A stretch of 64,000 nt of DNA from the NCBI GenBank assembly GCA_964016885.1, contig OZ024743.1, forward strand, positions 342,922,001 through 342,986,000, in the 5' to 3' direction. The position numbers were made by a program, and so were the translations under genes. Shown here in pieces: positions 25,725 through 39,565 of this stretch. The first letter of the stretch is position 1. The number at the start of each line of letters is the position of its first letter. This DNA comes from Eledone cirrhosa (Eukaryota). A model generated the notes under the pieces. The model was not told the DNA's origin, made no database searches, and saw nothing but the letters and a program-made list of their open reading frames with translations.

Positions 25725-28700
25725 TCCTTGAATCTCAGTCATTGATGTTGGTTAACTGGAAAGTCCGTTGGATTGAATATCAAGCCACTACCTGCAGCCT
25801 CAGATATTCAGGACGTATCGGAGGGTTCTTGCTGTTCCAAGCAAGCCTGCCTTTTGAAGCGTTCCAAAAAGCGTGAAGGGGCCGATTTTCTTTAACCATC
25901 CCTGGAAACTTTTGGAGATAGTCCCCAGTGCGCCTATGACAATCGGGATCACTTTGACTTCATGGCAGTTCCAGATCCTTTTCACCTCCCACTTTAGGTC
26001 CTGGTATCGGTTAATTTTCTCCCTCTCCTTCTCTTGCACTCTCGTGTCGAACGGGCAGGCCACATCCACAATCAGACACGATCTTTTTTCTTTGTCCACA
26101 ACCACCAGGTCAGGTCTATTGTGTTCCAGTTTTTTGTCTGTCTGTATCCTAAAATCCCACAGCACCTTCATCTGATTGTTCTCCATCACCGCCTCTGGCC
26201 TATGCTCATACCATTTCTCAGAATGTGGTAAATTGTTTACTTTGCACAGGTGCCAGTGGATCACCCTGCCCATCACATCGTGTCTCCAGCCCTTATAGTG
26301 GGTCTGGGCTAGGTGTTTACACTCGGACACAATGTGATCCACAGTCTCCTCTCTCTCTCCACAGATCCTGCACAGTGGGCTAGCTTCCTCCTTGTAGATA
26401 TGGTGCTTCAACCACTTCGTTTTGAGGGCCTGCTCCTGCGCAGCCATTAGCATTCCTTCTGTAGCCTTTTTGAGGTCTCCTCTTCTCAACCAGTTCCATG
26501 TCTGTGGATCTCTAAATTCAGTTTTCTCAAAGAAGGTACTATGAAGGGATTTTCCCTTAAGGCTGCTCTTCCTCCTTGATGTTATTTCCTCCTTGGACAT
26601 CCCCTGGCCTACTGTCCCCTCCTTCAGTACAGTTCTGAGCATTGGCTCCTTACTATAGGTCACGTATTTGTATAGGTTGTTTTTCTCCATCTGAACACAG
26701 TCCTCTATGCTGATAAGACCTCTGCCACCCTCAGATCTCCTTAGGTAGAGTCTATCGACATCACTCCTCTTGTGGAACATGTTGTAGATAGTCAATAGCT
26801 TCCTAGTCTTCCTATCCATTTCTTTTTGTTCAGCAACATTCCATCTCAGAATTCCCGCACTGTACCTAATAATAGACACAGCTCGGGAATTTACTGCGCT
26901 TATGGCATTTCTGCTGTTCAGATGTGACTTCAATACGCTCCTTACTCTCCGAATGTATTCAGTTCTTAACAATTCCTTCATTTTTTTGTTCTTTATGCCA
27001 TCAGCCTCCAGAACGCCCAAATACTTGTATCCTTCCTCAGAGTCAATTTCCTTTATCATCTCACCTGTTGGTATCTGGATCCCGTTACTTCTGCTCAACC
27101 TACCCCTCTTCATCACAATGACTCCACATTTACCAATACCAAACTGCATACATATATCACTGCTGAAAATACGGACAGTGTCAACAAGCACATCCAACTC
27201 CTTCTCACTTTTCCCGAAGAGCTTAAGATCGTCCATGAAGAGGAGGTGATTGATGGTAAGCTCTCCCCTTCCCAACTTGTATCCTGCTCTCACTTTTCGC
27301 AGCATAATGGTCAAGGGCATCAGGGCAAGGACAAACAACAGAGGGGACAGGCTATCTCCCTGGAAGATACCTCTCTTGATCTTCACGCTTCACAAGGATA
27401 CTCCAGTTGATGTCAACTCTGTCTCCCAGGACCCCATACTCCTGCCTAGCAACTGTCTGATGTTATCTGCCACCTTGAAGATCTCCAGGCTTTTGGTGAT
27501 CCAGGAATGGGGCACCATGTCAAATGCCTTTCTGTAGTCTATCCATCCCATGGCAAGATCAGTGTGTCTCCTCCTGCAATTCCCCATTACCATCTTATCA
27601 ATAAGTAACTGGTCCTTTGTACCACGTGACTTCTTTCGGCATCCTTTCTGTTCGTCTGGTAACAAGTTGTTTGTGTGGAGGTGATGGTAGATTTCCTCAG
27701 ACACAATGCTCGTCAACAGTTTCCACATTACGGACAGACATGTGATAGGTCTATAGTTGGTAACATCATTACCCTTGATTCGGTCTTTCATTATCAGAAC
27801 TGTGGTACCTTTTGTCAACCACTCTGGCACCTCACCCGACACCAAGCAGTCATTGAACATGGCCGTCAGCTTCGGGTGGAGGGATGTTAAATGTTTAATC
27901 CAATACCCCTGCACACCATCTGGGCCTGGTGATTTCCAGTTGGTTAGTTTTTTGGCCTGCCCCTTAAGAGTTTCAACTGTGATACTCAACTCAGTTTGTT
28001 GGTGTGCCTGCTCACCGATCTCCCTCTGTACTGTCTCAATCCACCCTGCCTGGGCATTGTGTCTAACATCCTGCTCCCATATTCCTCTCCAGAATGTTTT
28101 AGTTTGCTCCGCCCCAGGGATCAAGTCGTTGCCTCTTTCTTTCCCCTCAAGCTGTCCAAACAGCATCGTCTGGTTGTTGTCGCACATGCGGTTCTGTTTA
28201 TACTGACTGACTCTGTTCTCGTATCGCCTGATTTTTGCACTCTTTGCTACAATGCGTTACTTCAGTTCCTCTATGATAATATTTAGCTTTTTACTCCTAG
28301 TTTTGTATTTTATTTCCAGTCTATTTTTAGTGCCTATGTTTTTTAGTATCCCATTCAGTAGTGATTCAAGCTTTCGTATGTCATTTCTCATTTCCCCGAT
28401 TTGCCCACTCAGTCGCTTCTTCCACCACGGCTCTGCTCTTTCTTGTCTGTTGTTTCCTCTCGCTTTTATACCAATTAGTTTCCTCACCGTATTTGCTGTT
28501 GCTTTGAGGATATTGTTGCACTGGTGAAGACTCCTCGCCTCAAGGTATGGGATGACTTTGTTTACCTTAGCTGTTGTTTCTTTTAACTTTTTCCTGTCTA
28601 CAAATCTTAGGTTCATAGGTCTCCCACTATCATTGTTCAATTCATCTACCACTAAATTTAGGATGTCAACCGAATCTTGTCCTAGCCCGTCAGCATTCAT

Positions 28701-29330
28701 CTCCTCAGTGGCCGTATCTCTGTTCCAGGTATTATTTATCTCAGTATTCAGATCATTGTCTGCTTCGGGTGGTTCCTCCGTTCTCAGGACCTCTTCACCT
28801 TCATTTCCCACTGGCTCGCTTGTCTGGCATACTACACCCGCCATCTCCAAGCCATTCTCTCTGCTCAGTTCCTCCAGTTCCAGCTCGCTTATCCATCCAT
28901 TAGTTCTTATTACCCGAGCCTGCCCGGCCAATTTTTGTTCATCTAATTTAAATAAACCAATCTCGTTCCAGATGTTATGCATCCGTCTCCTGTAGCCCCT
29001 CTCCTTGGGGTTACTTTTCAGGTAACATTGCATAACAGTTCTATTCAATTCTTTCGTCCAGTTGGTTCTGGCCCCTTTCCTTCTTCTCCTTCCTCCAACA
29101 TCAGCAGTATTTGGTTGACAGTCAGGTTCCTGCTGCTGAGCCAGGGGGCACCTGTTGGGTGAGAGTCTGTCACATGACGTTCTAGACTCCATTTCACCGT
29201 TATTCGAACGGTTTATGTTCGATATTTAAACACTCTTATCGAGGATTGGCGAATGTATGGTTACATATCCATCTGTGGATCCGCCATTCCACTTGGCCCT
29301 TGTGTGGCATTATCACCACGCTGTATACGA
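25725..29330 (-). mobile_element. Near full-length R4/Dong-like RLE LINE (copy 3); single ORF 29192-25800 with two in-frame stops
   Basis: Myb-like N-terminus (WTKELN..GYRRRMH.IW); RT (NYRPITCL, IDYRKAFD, GIFQGDSLSP, HLLFMDD); CCHC CRICG..HIVSEC; RHD; RPD..DVACP..KINRY; (TAA)n tail. 5' boundary approximate. Confidence 0.93.
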
Positions 29331-30252
29331 ACACACATAAACAAACAAACACACGGGCAGAAAGGGCCCCAAAAATGAATAAGCATAAGTTTCATTGTAA
29401 TGTAGTGTTCGAATGTCTGACTTAGTTTTTGTTTTTTAAGTTTTAGTTTTCCCCCCCTCTTCTCTGTCCGTCCGCCTGCTTCTCTCTTCATTCTTATTTT
29501 CTTTACGTTTTTGGGGTTTCTTTTTTTGTTTTTGTTTTTCTCTGTTTGTTTTTCTCGTTTTTGCTGTTGTTGCTGTGCTGCTTTGGTTTTGTTGTTTGTT
29601 TTTTCTTTTTTCTTTTGAGTCTATCTATATATTTTGATGCCTTCCTCTTTGTTAGTAGTAGGAATTCTATAATGTGGAAGTAGCAGCCAGCAGGGAGAAG
29701 TGGGAGACTGGCGGCGGTAGCGATACTGAGACAGTGGTGGTGGTGATGTCGATACCGAGGCAGTGGTGGCGGTGATGTGACCGTATTACTGTAGTGATGG
29801 TGCTGTAGCGGTGGCAGCAGTGAAGGAGTGAAGGGGTGGTGGCGGCGGTGATGGGATAATGGTGGTAATGATGGCCGTAGTGAGCGGTTGAAAAAGCCGT
29901 TATCTGGCTGTTGTGTTTAGTGTACACAGATGATGGGGTGGGTGGTGTATCTAGTTTCTGGTGTTGGTGAGTTTGGCTGTCCTATATAGTGTAGACAGAG
30001 GAGAGAAGGGGGGGGGGGGTTCTTCTTCCATTTATAGCCATTTTCTTTTTTGGATATACAGTGTACAATACAAAGTTGAATATTTGAATATTTGAGCCTT
30101 ATAACAATATATTTTGGGTCTGAATTTTTGGGGGGCTCAAGCCGGGTGCGTTACGTAGCATTTGTACTAAGAGTTGTTATTTCACAAATGATTTAAATAT
30201 GTTAAAAATTATTAAATATGTTAAAAATTATTATTATTATTATTATTATTAT

Positions 30253-33029
30253 TCCTTGAATCTCAGTCATTGATGTTAGTTAACTGGAAAGTCCGTTGGA
30301 ATGAATATCAAGCCACTACCTGCAGCCTCAGATATTCAGGACGTATCGGAGGGTTCTTGCTGTTCCCAGCAAGCATGCCTTCTGAAGCGTTCCAAAAAGC
30401 GTGAAGGGGCCGATTTTCTTTAACCATCCCTGGAAACTTTTGGAGATAGTCCCCAGTGCGCCTATGACAATCGGGATCACTTTGACTTCATGGCAGTTCC
30501 AAATCCTTTTTACCTCCCACTTTAAGTCCTGGTATCGGTTAATTTTCTCCCTCTCCTTCTCTTGCACTCTCGTGTCGGATGGGCAGGCCACATCCACAAT
30601 CAGACACGATCTTTTTTCTTTGTCCACAACCACCAGGTCAGGTCTATTGTGCTCCAGTTTCTTGTCCGTCTGTATCCTAAAATCCCACAGCACCTTCACC
30701 TGATCGTTCTCCATCACCGCCTCTAGCTTATGCTCATACCATTTCTCAGAATGTGGTAAATTGTTTACTTTGCACAAGTGCCAGTGGATCACCCTGCCCA
30801 TCACATCATGTCTCCAGCTCTTATAGTGGGTTTGGGCTAGGTGTTTACACTCGGATACAATGTGAGCCACAGTCTCCTCTCTCTCTCCACAGATCCTGCA
30901 CAGTGGGCTAGCCTCCTCCTTGTAAATATGGTGTTTCAACCACTTCGTTTTGAGGGCCTGCTCCTGCGCAGCCATTAACATTCCTTCTGTAGCCTTTTTA
31001 AGGTCTCCTCTTTTCAACCAGTTCCATGTCTGTGGATCTCTAAATTCAGTTTTCTCAAAGAAGGTACTATGAAGGGATTTTTCCTGAAGGCTGCTCTTTC
31101 TCCTTGATGTTATTTCCTCCTTGGACATCCCCTGGCCTATTGTCCCCTCCTTCAGTACAGTACTGAGCATTGGCTCCTTACTATCAGTCACGTATTTGTG
31201 TAGGTTGTTTTTCTCCATCTGAACACAGTCTTCTATGCTGATAAGACCTCTTCCACCCTCAGATCTCCTTAAGTAGAGTCTATCGACATCACTCCTCTTG
31301 TGGAACAAGTTGTAGATAGTCAATAGCTTCCTAGTCTTCCTATCCATTTCTTTTTGTTCAGCAACATTCCATCTCAGAATTCCCGCACTGTACCTAATAA
31401 TAGACACAACTCGGGAATTTACTGCGCTTATGGCATTTCTGCTGTTCAGATGTGACTTTAATACGCTCCATACTCTCCGAATGTATTCAGTTCTTAACAA
31501 TTCCTTCATTTTTTTGTTCTTTATGCCATCAACCTCCAGAACGCCCAAATACTTGTATCCTTCCTCAGAGTCAATTTCCTTTATCATCTCACCTGTTGGT
31601 ACCTGGATTCCGTTACTTCTGCTCAACCTACACCTCCTCATCACAATGACTTCACACTTACTAATACCAAACTGCATACATATATCACTGCTGAAAATAC
31701 GGACAGTGTCAACAAGCACATCCAACTCCTTCTCACTCTTCCCGAAGAGCTTAAGATCGTCCATGAAGAGGAGGTGATTGATGGTAAGCCCTCCCTTTCC
31801 CAAACCGTATCCTGCTCTCACTTTTCGCAGTACACTGGTCAGGGGCATCAGGGCAAGGACAAACAACAGAGGGGACAGGCTATCTCCCTGGAAGATACCT
31901 CTCTTGATCTTCACGCTTCCCAAGGATTCTCCAGTTGATGTCAACTCTGTTTCCCAGGACCTCATACTCTTGCCCAACAACTGTCTGATGTTATCTGCCA
32001 CCTTGAAGATCTCCAGGCTTTTGGTGATCCAAGAATGAGGCACCATGTCAAATGCCTTTCTGTAGTCTATCCATCCCATGGCAAGATCAGTGTGTCTCCT
32101 CCTGCAATTCCCCATTACCATCTTATCAATAAGTAACTGGTCCTTTGTACCACGTGACTTCTTTCGGCATCCTTTCTGTTCGTCCGGTAACAAGTTGTTT
32201 GTGTGGAGGTGATGGTAGATTTCCTCAGACACAATGCTCGTCAACAGTTTCCACATTACGGACAGACATGTGATAGGTCTATAGTTGGTAACATCATTAC
32301 CCTTGATTCGGTCTTTCATTATCAGAACTGTGGTACCTTTTGTCAACCACTCTGGTACCTCACCTGACATCAAGCAGTCATTGAACATGGTTGTCAGTTT
32401 CGGGTGGAGGGATGTTATATTTTTAATCCAATACCCCTGCACAACATCTGGGCCTGGTGATTTCCAGTTGGTTAGTTTTTTGGCCTGCCCCTTAAGAGTT
32501 TCAACTGTGATACTCAAATCAGTTTGTTGGTGGGCCTGTTCACTCATCTCCTTCTGTACTGTCTCAATCCACACTGCCTGGTCATTATGTTTAACATCCT
32601 TCTTCCATATTCCTCTCCAGAATGTTTTAGTTTGTTCCGCCCCAGGGATCAAGTCGTTGCCTCTTTCTTTCCCTTCAAGCTGTCCAAACAGCATCTTCTG
32701 GTTGTTGTCGAACATGCGGTTCTGTTTATACTGACTGACTCTGTTCTCGTATCGCCTGATTTTTGCACTCTTTGCTACAATGCGTTGCTTCAGTTCCTCT
32801 ATGATAATATTTAGCTTTTTCCTCCTAGTTTTGTACTTTATTTCCAGTCTATTTTTAGTGCCTATGTTTTTTAGTGTCCCATTCAGTAGTGACTCAAGCT
32901 TTCCAATGTCATTTCTCATTTCCCTGATTTGACCACTCAGTTGTTTCTTCCACCAAGGCTCTGCTCTTTCTTGTCTGTTGTTTCCTCTCGCTTTTATACC
33001 AAGTAGTTTCCTCACCGTATTTGCTGTTG

Positions 33030-33030
<1 letters not shown>
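30253..33030 (-). mobile_element. 5'-truncated R4/Dong-like LINE (copy 4) with an uninterrupted 895-aa ORF (30328-33015)
   Basis: Same motifs as copy 3; (TAA)n on both flanks. Confidence 0.93.
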
Positions 33031-33088
<58 letters not shown>

Positions 33089-33103
33089 CAATTTCTTTTG
33101 CAG

Positions 33104-33288
33104 AAGATCCACTCTGTAAAAATGAAACTGGACTAAATAACGATCCACAAGATTGTGGTCGTTTTATACCTTGTTTTGAGGGTTCTTCATATCCTGCCAT
33201 GCCGTGTCAAAACGAACTTCATTTCAGCTATGAGAACCAAAGATGCATGGAGCCTGAAGAAACTGACTGTCAGTTGTACAATTCTTAA
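33104..33288 (+). CDS. CBM14 gene 1 exon 2 (second chitin-binding domain + stop)
   Basis: Acceptor TTTCTTTTGCAG; phase 1 gives KDPLCKNETGLNNDPQDCGRFIPCFEGSSYPAMPCQNELHFSYENQRCMEPEETDCQLYNS*; AATAAA at 33365. Not in the ORF track. Confidence 0.85.
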
Positions 33289-33397
33289 TGAAATAGTAAA
33301 CGAATTCGAAAAAACTAGTTAGTTTGCGTTAGCAAATAGTACGTACAAAAGGTTTACAAATTGGAATAAAGTATTTTTATTTTATACAGTGGATTAA

Positions 33398-33810
33398 GGG
33401 CGGTGAATTGGCTGTATCGGTAGAGCGTCGGTCAACATGCTTAGCGGCATAGAGTTACGGCCCTTTACACTCTGAGTTAGATTTCCGTCGAGGTTAGCTT
33501 TGACTGTCATCCTTACGAGGTTGCTAAAATAAAGTAACAGTCACGCACTGGGGTCGATTTAATCAACTTTCCCTTTCCCCCCAAAATTACTGGTCTTGTG
33601 CCTAAAGTAGAAAAGATTTTATACGGTCGATTGGCAGAATCGTTACAGTGCCAAACAAACTGCTTTACAATATTTGATCTGCTCTTTACGTTTTGAGTTC
33701 AAATCCTTCCGAATCGATAAAAGAAGTACCGGTCAAACAAGTGATTGATTTAATCAACTTTGCCCTTCCCACAAAGTTGCTGGCCTTGGGTCTAAATTAG
33801 AAATTATTTC
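33398..33810 (+). mobile_element. Two tandem diverged tRNA-derived SINEs
   Basis: Same head, core and tail as 18212; other diverged copies at ~23250-23985, 37515-37780, 38232-38395 and 54030-54300. Confidence 0.7.
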
Positions 33811-34427
33811 CTACCATGAAGAAAAAGCAAAGTATAACGTTTCAGACAGAACCCTGCGTCAGAGACAAAAGATGAAACGTGTACTTGTAGTGAAAAGTGG
33901 AAAATAAATAAATTCAAAACGTTTAAACTTCCTTCATAAAAAAAAAAAAGTTATTCCATTTTGAAGACTTTTTGTACTTTCATTAGTCTAGTAGAATATA
34001 TCTAATTAGCAGATTTCGTCTTTACTAACTAATGCTAGTTGTTTTTTTATAACGAAATTTAGAGAAAATCTGTTTAATAACTGAATAAACTGTAGGGTAT
34101 ATAAAACTATGTGTTTGGACAATAAAACTGAAATATAAACACAATCAGCCGATCAAAAGCGATAATATGTGCCTGTTACATCTTAAATATCAGGGTGTAA
34201 ATAAATATTTCCCACTTTCGCATTCTTTCTCTCACTTTCCTTCTCTCTTTCTTCACAAACATACATACACACACACATACGCACACACATATACATATAT
34301 ATATAAATAAAAAAGTGTCTCTAATTTTCTATGGATGTGTGTGTATATATAAATGTACACTGTAAAGTTATTCTAATAAATGAAATAAATAAGCACTTCT
34401 TGTTTTATTTATCTTTAACTTTATCTT

Positions 34428-34543
<116 letters not shown>

Positions 34544-34683
34544 CGCGTGTGTGCGTGCGTGCGTGTATATGTAAATATATATACCCACTTCCACTTTTTA
34601 ACAAAGGTTCTGAATACAAAGTATGCATACGTACACATATATACACATATATATATGTGTATATATGTGTGCATATGCATACT

Positions 34684-34735
<52 letters not shown>

Positions 34736-34739
<4 letters not shown>

Positions 34740-35991
34740 TAAGATAATGAATTCTTTTACAATGGAATCAGCTCGAATGAAGAAAAATATCCCCTGAGCA
34801 GTGTATAAATTAATATGTATGTGATGAAACACAGATACCAACACATCTGTATATATATATTGCAAAAGAAAAATTTAGCCAGATTGAAGTATACTAATTA
34901 TTATACTACAGTTTGTCCATATCGATTTAAAATAATAAATCAACGGAGACGAACTGTATTGGCAAAAGGCCGTGATGTTTAGACACATTTAAATTTCAAA
35001 ATCAAACCTGTTCCGTAGATAAGTTTAGACTTTAAGATCCAAATATGTTTCGAGTTAAATAAGTGTAGGAATATCATGTCCCGCTCCCCTCAGTAAACAT
35101 CCAGAGACAAATTGATATGCTTCACTTCTAAATAATTTAAAAGACTGCGTGGCGCACATGGCTTTACAGTATCTAACTAATCTCATAACCGTACTGCTAG
35201 AAATAACAGTCGTATATATGAGGCGGCTTTGCAGCTCAAACTAGGAGCAGTTAAAATTAATAAGATAATGAATTCTTTTACAATGGAATCAGCTCGAATG
35301 AAGAAAAATATCCCCTGAGCAGTGTATAAATTAATATGTATGTGATGAAACACAGATACCAACACATCTGTATATATATTGCAAAAGAAAAATTTAGCCA
35401 GATTGAAGTATACTAAAATAATAAATCAACGGAGAATTCATTATCTTATTAATTTTATCTTTAATGAGAATTCATTATCTTATTAATTTAATGAGAATTC
35501 ATTATCTTATTAATTTTATCTTTAATGAGAATTCATTATCTTATTAATTTTAACTGCTCCTAGTTTGAGCTGCAAAGCCGCCTCATATATACGACTGTTA
35601 TTTCTAGCAGTACGGTTATGAGACTAGTTAGATACTGTAAAGCCATGTGCGCCACGCAGTCTTTTAAATTATTTAGAAGTGAAGCATATCAATTTGTCTC
35701 TGGATGTTTACTGAGGAGAGCGGGACATGATATTCCTACACTTATTTAACTCGAAACATATTTGGATCTTAAAGTCTAAACTTATCTACGGAACAGGTTT
35801 GATTTTGAAATTTAAATGTGTCTAAACATCACGGCCTTTTGCCAATACAGTTCGTCTCCGTTGATTTATTATTTTAAATCGATATGGACAAACTGTAGTA
35901 TAATAATTAGTATACTTCAATCTGGCTAAATTTTTCTTTTGCAATATATATACAGATGTGTTGGTATCTGTGTTTCATCACATACATATTA

Positions 35992-35995
<4 letters not shown>
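34736..35995. mobile_element. Non-autonomous hammerhead-bearing repeat: ~521-bp unit, partial tandem copy, then inverted copy
   Basis: Unit start recurs at 34736 and 35257; 35520-35995 is the reverse complement; hammerheads at 35023-35098 (-) and 35706-35781 (+). Confidence 0.75.
35706..35781 (+). ncRNA. Type I hammerhead motif
   Basis: GTTTA CTGAGGA GAG..CTC GAAA C..G TC TAAAC; stem III imperfect. Confidence 0.6.
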
Positions 35996-36027
<32 letters not shown>

Positions 36028-36037
<10 letters not shown>

Positions 36038-36300
36038 ATACTTTGGGAGGGTCATGTTGCCAATAAGAAACACACGCACTAGTTGCTTTCACTTCAATTT
36101 ATTATATATTTATAAATTTATAAATTTACAAATTTACAAACTTATAAATTTCTGGTTGGTTGGTTGGTTCCACACCCAGATAGTTGTTTATATATAGTCA
36201 TAGTCCTTTCGTCACACACGACCCTCCCAAAGTATAACAATATCGGTTTCAACACACGATTTCAGATAAAGAATCTTGCTAAACAAATTCAGAAACGAAA
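36028..36300. mobile_element. Short inverted pLTR fragments of the PLE at 15400-17970
   Basis: 36028-36218 is the reverse complement of ~17780-17970 and is followed by a forward pLTR end; (TA)n flanks. Confidence 0.8.
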
Positions 36301-36477
36301 TATATATATATATATATATGAAATAAAAACTAAAACATGTTTGTTCAGAGTTTAAGTTGACTTTATTATTTTCCAGTATTTTGGGTCTTATACATCAGAT
36401 GTAATTCAAACCATAATTCCGATATCTCATCGTGGAACCACTGAGAAGACTTGCCTGAAAAACAAGGGAATGTTTAA

Positions 36478-36564
<87 letters not shown>

Positions 36565-36623
36565 AAAAAGAAGCTGAAAATGCATTTTTTCTTACCCGTG
36601 TGGGATATAAAAAACCTTACTTT

Positions 36624-36658
<35 letters not shown>

Positions 36659-37129
36659 GAAAACAGGGGGAAAGAGACGATTATGAGGAAGAAAAATATA
36701 TATTTTTCCTTTTTTTGTCTCTCTCTCTTTTCTGGGTTAGAAAATGATTAAAACGAAATGTTTTACTTTGTGTGAAGTGTTAAGGTATTAGTTGATTTAT
36801 TTATTATTTAACAATGGCATTTATATATATATAGTGTTTAATATAGCAATGGCTTCTACAGGACTAGAACTGCTTCATTCGAAGGGAATCATCAGGAAAG
36901 CCAACTGTCATTGTAATATGGTAGCATTTATACGTTTTCTGGTTGTAAATCCTTCGTTGGCGAGGGTAGCTTCTGGAAGACTGTGTGTGGCAGCAAGCTT
37001 CAGCTCCCTGTCTCACCTCTGTACTCTAGTATGTATTGAGTACCTTACTTTCTGTGGTTACCCTCGATTGAACCCGGGATACATACTCACAGATATATAC
37101 ATATATATATACAGATATATATTATATAT

Positions 37130-37436
<307 letters not shown>

Positions 37437-39069
37437 CTGGCTTATTCAACTATACATATTCTTATAAATAATCGTAATCCTGAGAAAACGTAAGAATATT
37501 TATAATGATTTTTAATTTAGGCACAAGACCAACAATTTTGTGAGGAGGAGAACGTCGATTCAATCGACCCCATTGCATGACTGGTACTTTATTTTATCGA
37601 CCCCGCAAGGATGAAAGGTAAAGTTAACCTCGGCGGAATTTTAACTCAGAACGTAAAGGGTCGTAAGCTCTGTGCTGCAATGCATGTTGTCCGACCAGTC
37701 ACGCACTTGGGTCGATTGAATCGAATTTCTCCCCCCCAAAAAAAAAATATGTTTGGCCTTATTGCCTAAACCAGAAATTATTATGAATATTCATACATTT
37801 TCTCAGGACTACGATTAGTAATTTAGGCACAACGTTCACTAAATAGTTCACTATAAATTAAGATATTTACAGCTTAAAATTAAAAGTACTTCTACTAAAC
37901 TATGTTACCTCCAAGCATTGTGAGTTAAATGGCTTGACAGTATTACCAGACTAACGATGATAATTGAATAAAAACCCGAAAAAGTTTCATCTGGTTGTTC
38001 TACACTATCAAATGATTTTCTGAAGTCAAGTCATATATTCCATGAATAGTGAAACTAAACACCAACGATCAGTTAACATACATGAGATGTTCGAGCTAAA
38101 AATCTTTAATAAAAGAACGCGTGAATGCTTTGATATTCTCGACTTCACATGATAACTGATAATTTTAATATAAATTACAATACATGGTTATGTTATAGAA
38201 ATGTATTATAAGGATATAATACATAATGATATAATTGTTTCTACTTTTGGCACAAGGCCAGCAATTATCTCAGTTCATTACTGGTGCTTTATTTTATCGA
38301 CGCCGTAAGGATGAAAGGCAAAGTTAACTTCGGCGGGATTTGAACTCAGACCATAAAGGGGCATAACTCTATGCTTCAAGGCATGGCGTCCGACAAGGCT
38401 ATAATAAACACTAGTCTGATATAGAATGATTTAAATGGACTGATAGACAGTGGTGAGCTGACTAAGAGAGGTGACTTCAGGGGGATAGAGACCGCAGATG
38501 TGGATTGTTAAATGTCACTGGAGGACTGCTAGACAGTGACTCGAGATGGACTCATAGAGAAGGATTTGAAGGAAATAACGACAGAGCGACTTAAAGAGTA
38601 GATTTATTGAGGTCGACTTAAGGAAGAATGCTAGAGAATAACGAAAGAGGGATTGAGATAGAGCTATAGAGAATGACTTGAGAAGAATTGATAGAATATT
38701 TTTGATGTACAATGATAGGAAGAGATAAGTGACCGAGATTGTGAATCCATAAACACATTTGTTGCCAGAATAATATTTTGATTGAGGTTTAACAACTTGA
38801 ATAAGATCATTTCGATATGAAAAGATAGTTTTACGTCCAGGAGAGCATCTGTTCTTTATTTAAAACAATATATTCTATTACAAGTGAAAAATTCCTTTAA
38901 TTTAATAAAATATTGTAATATATTGTAATTACATATTCTAATTTAATACTATAAAATTCAATTCAGCTTTATAACATTCTAAATGGAACATTTTGTTCGA
39001 AATGAATGTAACATATATATAAAATTATTTTCTGAGAAAACCTTTATTGAAAAATAAATACAAACCATT

Positions 39070-39242
39070 TTATTCACAATCTGATTTTCCCGGCTCCATA
39101 CACCTTTGTTCAGCAACATTGAAATGTAGGTTCTTTTGGCATGGCATTGAGAGGTAAGATGTACCGTTATAACATGGAATAAAACGGTTACAGTCAGTTG
39201 GGTCTTTATTCAATCCGGTTTCAATCTCACATCGGGGATCAT
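39070..39242 (-). CDS. CBM14 gene 2 exon 2
   Basis: Acceptor TTTCTTTCTTGTAG; phase 1 gives HDPRCEIETGLNKDPTDCNRFIPCYNGTSYLSMPCQKNLHFNVAEQRCMEPGKSDCE*; AATAAA at 39048-39043; clear paralogue of 33104-33288. Not in the ORF track. Confidence 0.85.
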
Positions 39243-39465
39243 CTACAAGAAAGAAAATTATAACGAAAAAAATTATAATAAATAATTATAGTTTCTAATT
39301 AGAAAATAAATTAATTCCAGAGACACTGTGATATTGTACAGAGATATCAGCAGTGTATGTATGTTATATATGCACACATATATATACATACACACGCACA
39401 CAAATACACACACACACACACACGTATGCGTGTGTGTGTGTATGAGAGAGAGAGAGAGAGAGAGA

Positions 39466-39525
<60 letters not shown>

Positions 39526-39565
39526 AGGAGAGAGTAGGTATGTGTGTGTATATGTATATGGGTAA

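Noticed and set aside
27390-27392. In-frame TGA in Dong copy 3 as selenocysteine or readthrough
   Set aside because: Copy 4 has GGA (Gly) here; it is a simple nonsense mutation.
29195-29330. Possible HDV-like or twister ribozyme in the Dong 5' UTR
   Set aside because: Hairpins are present but I could not build the nested pseudoknot by eye; needs a descriptor search.
25873-32814. Plus-strand ORFs opposite the Dong RT
   Set aside because: Antisense shadow ORFs of the LINE coding sequence.
38450-38860. Possible CR1/L2 RT remnant (minus strand)
   Set aside because: Motifs too degraded for a confident call.
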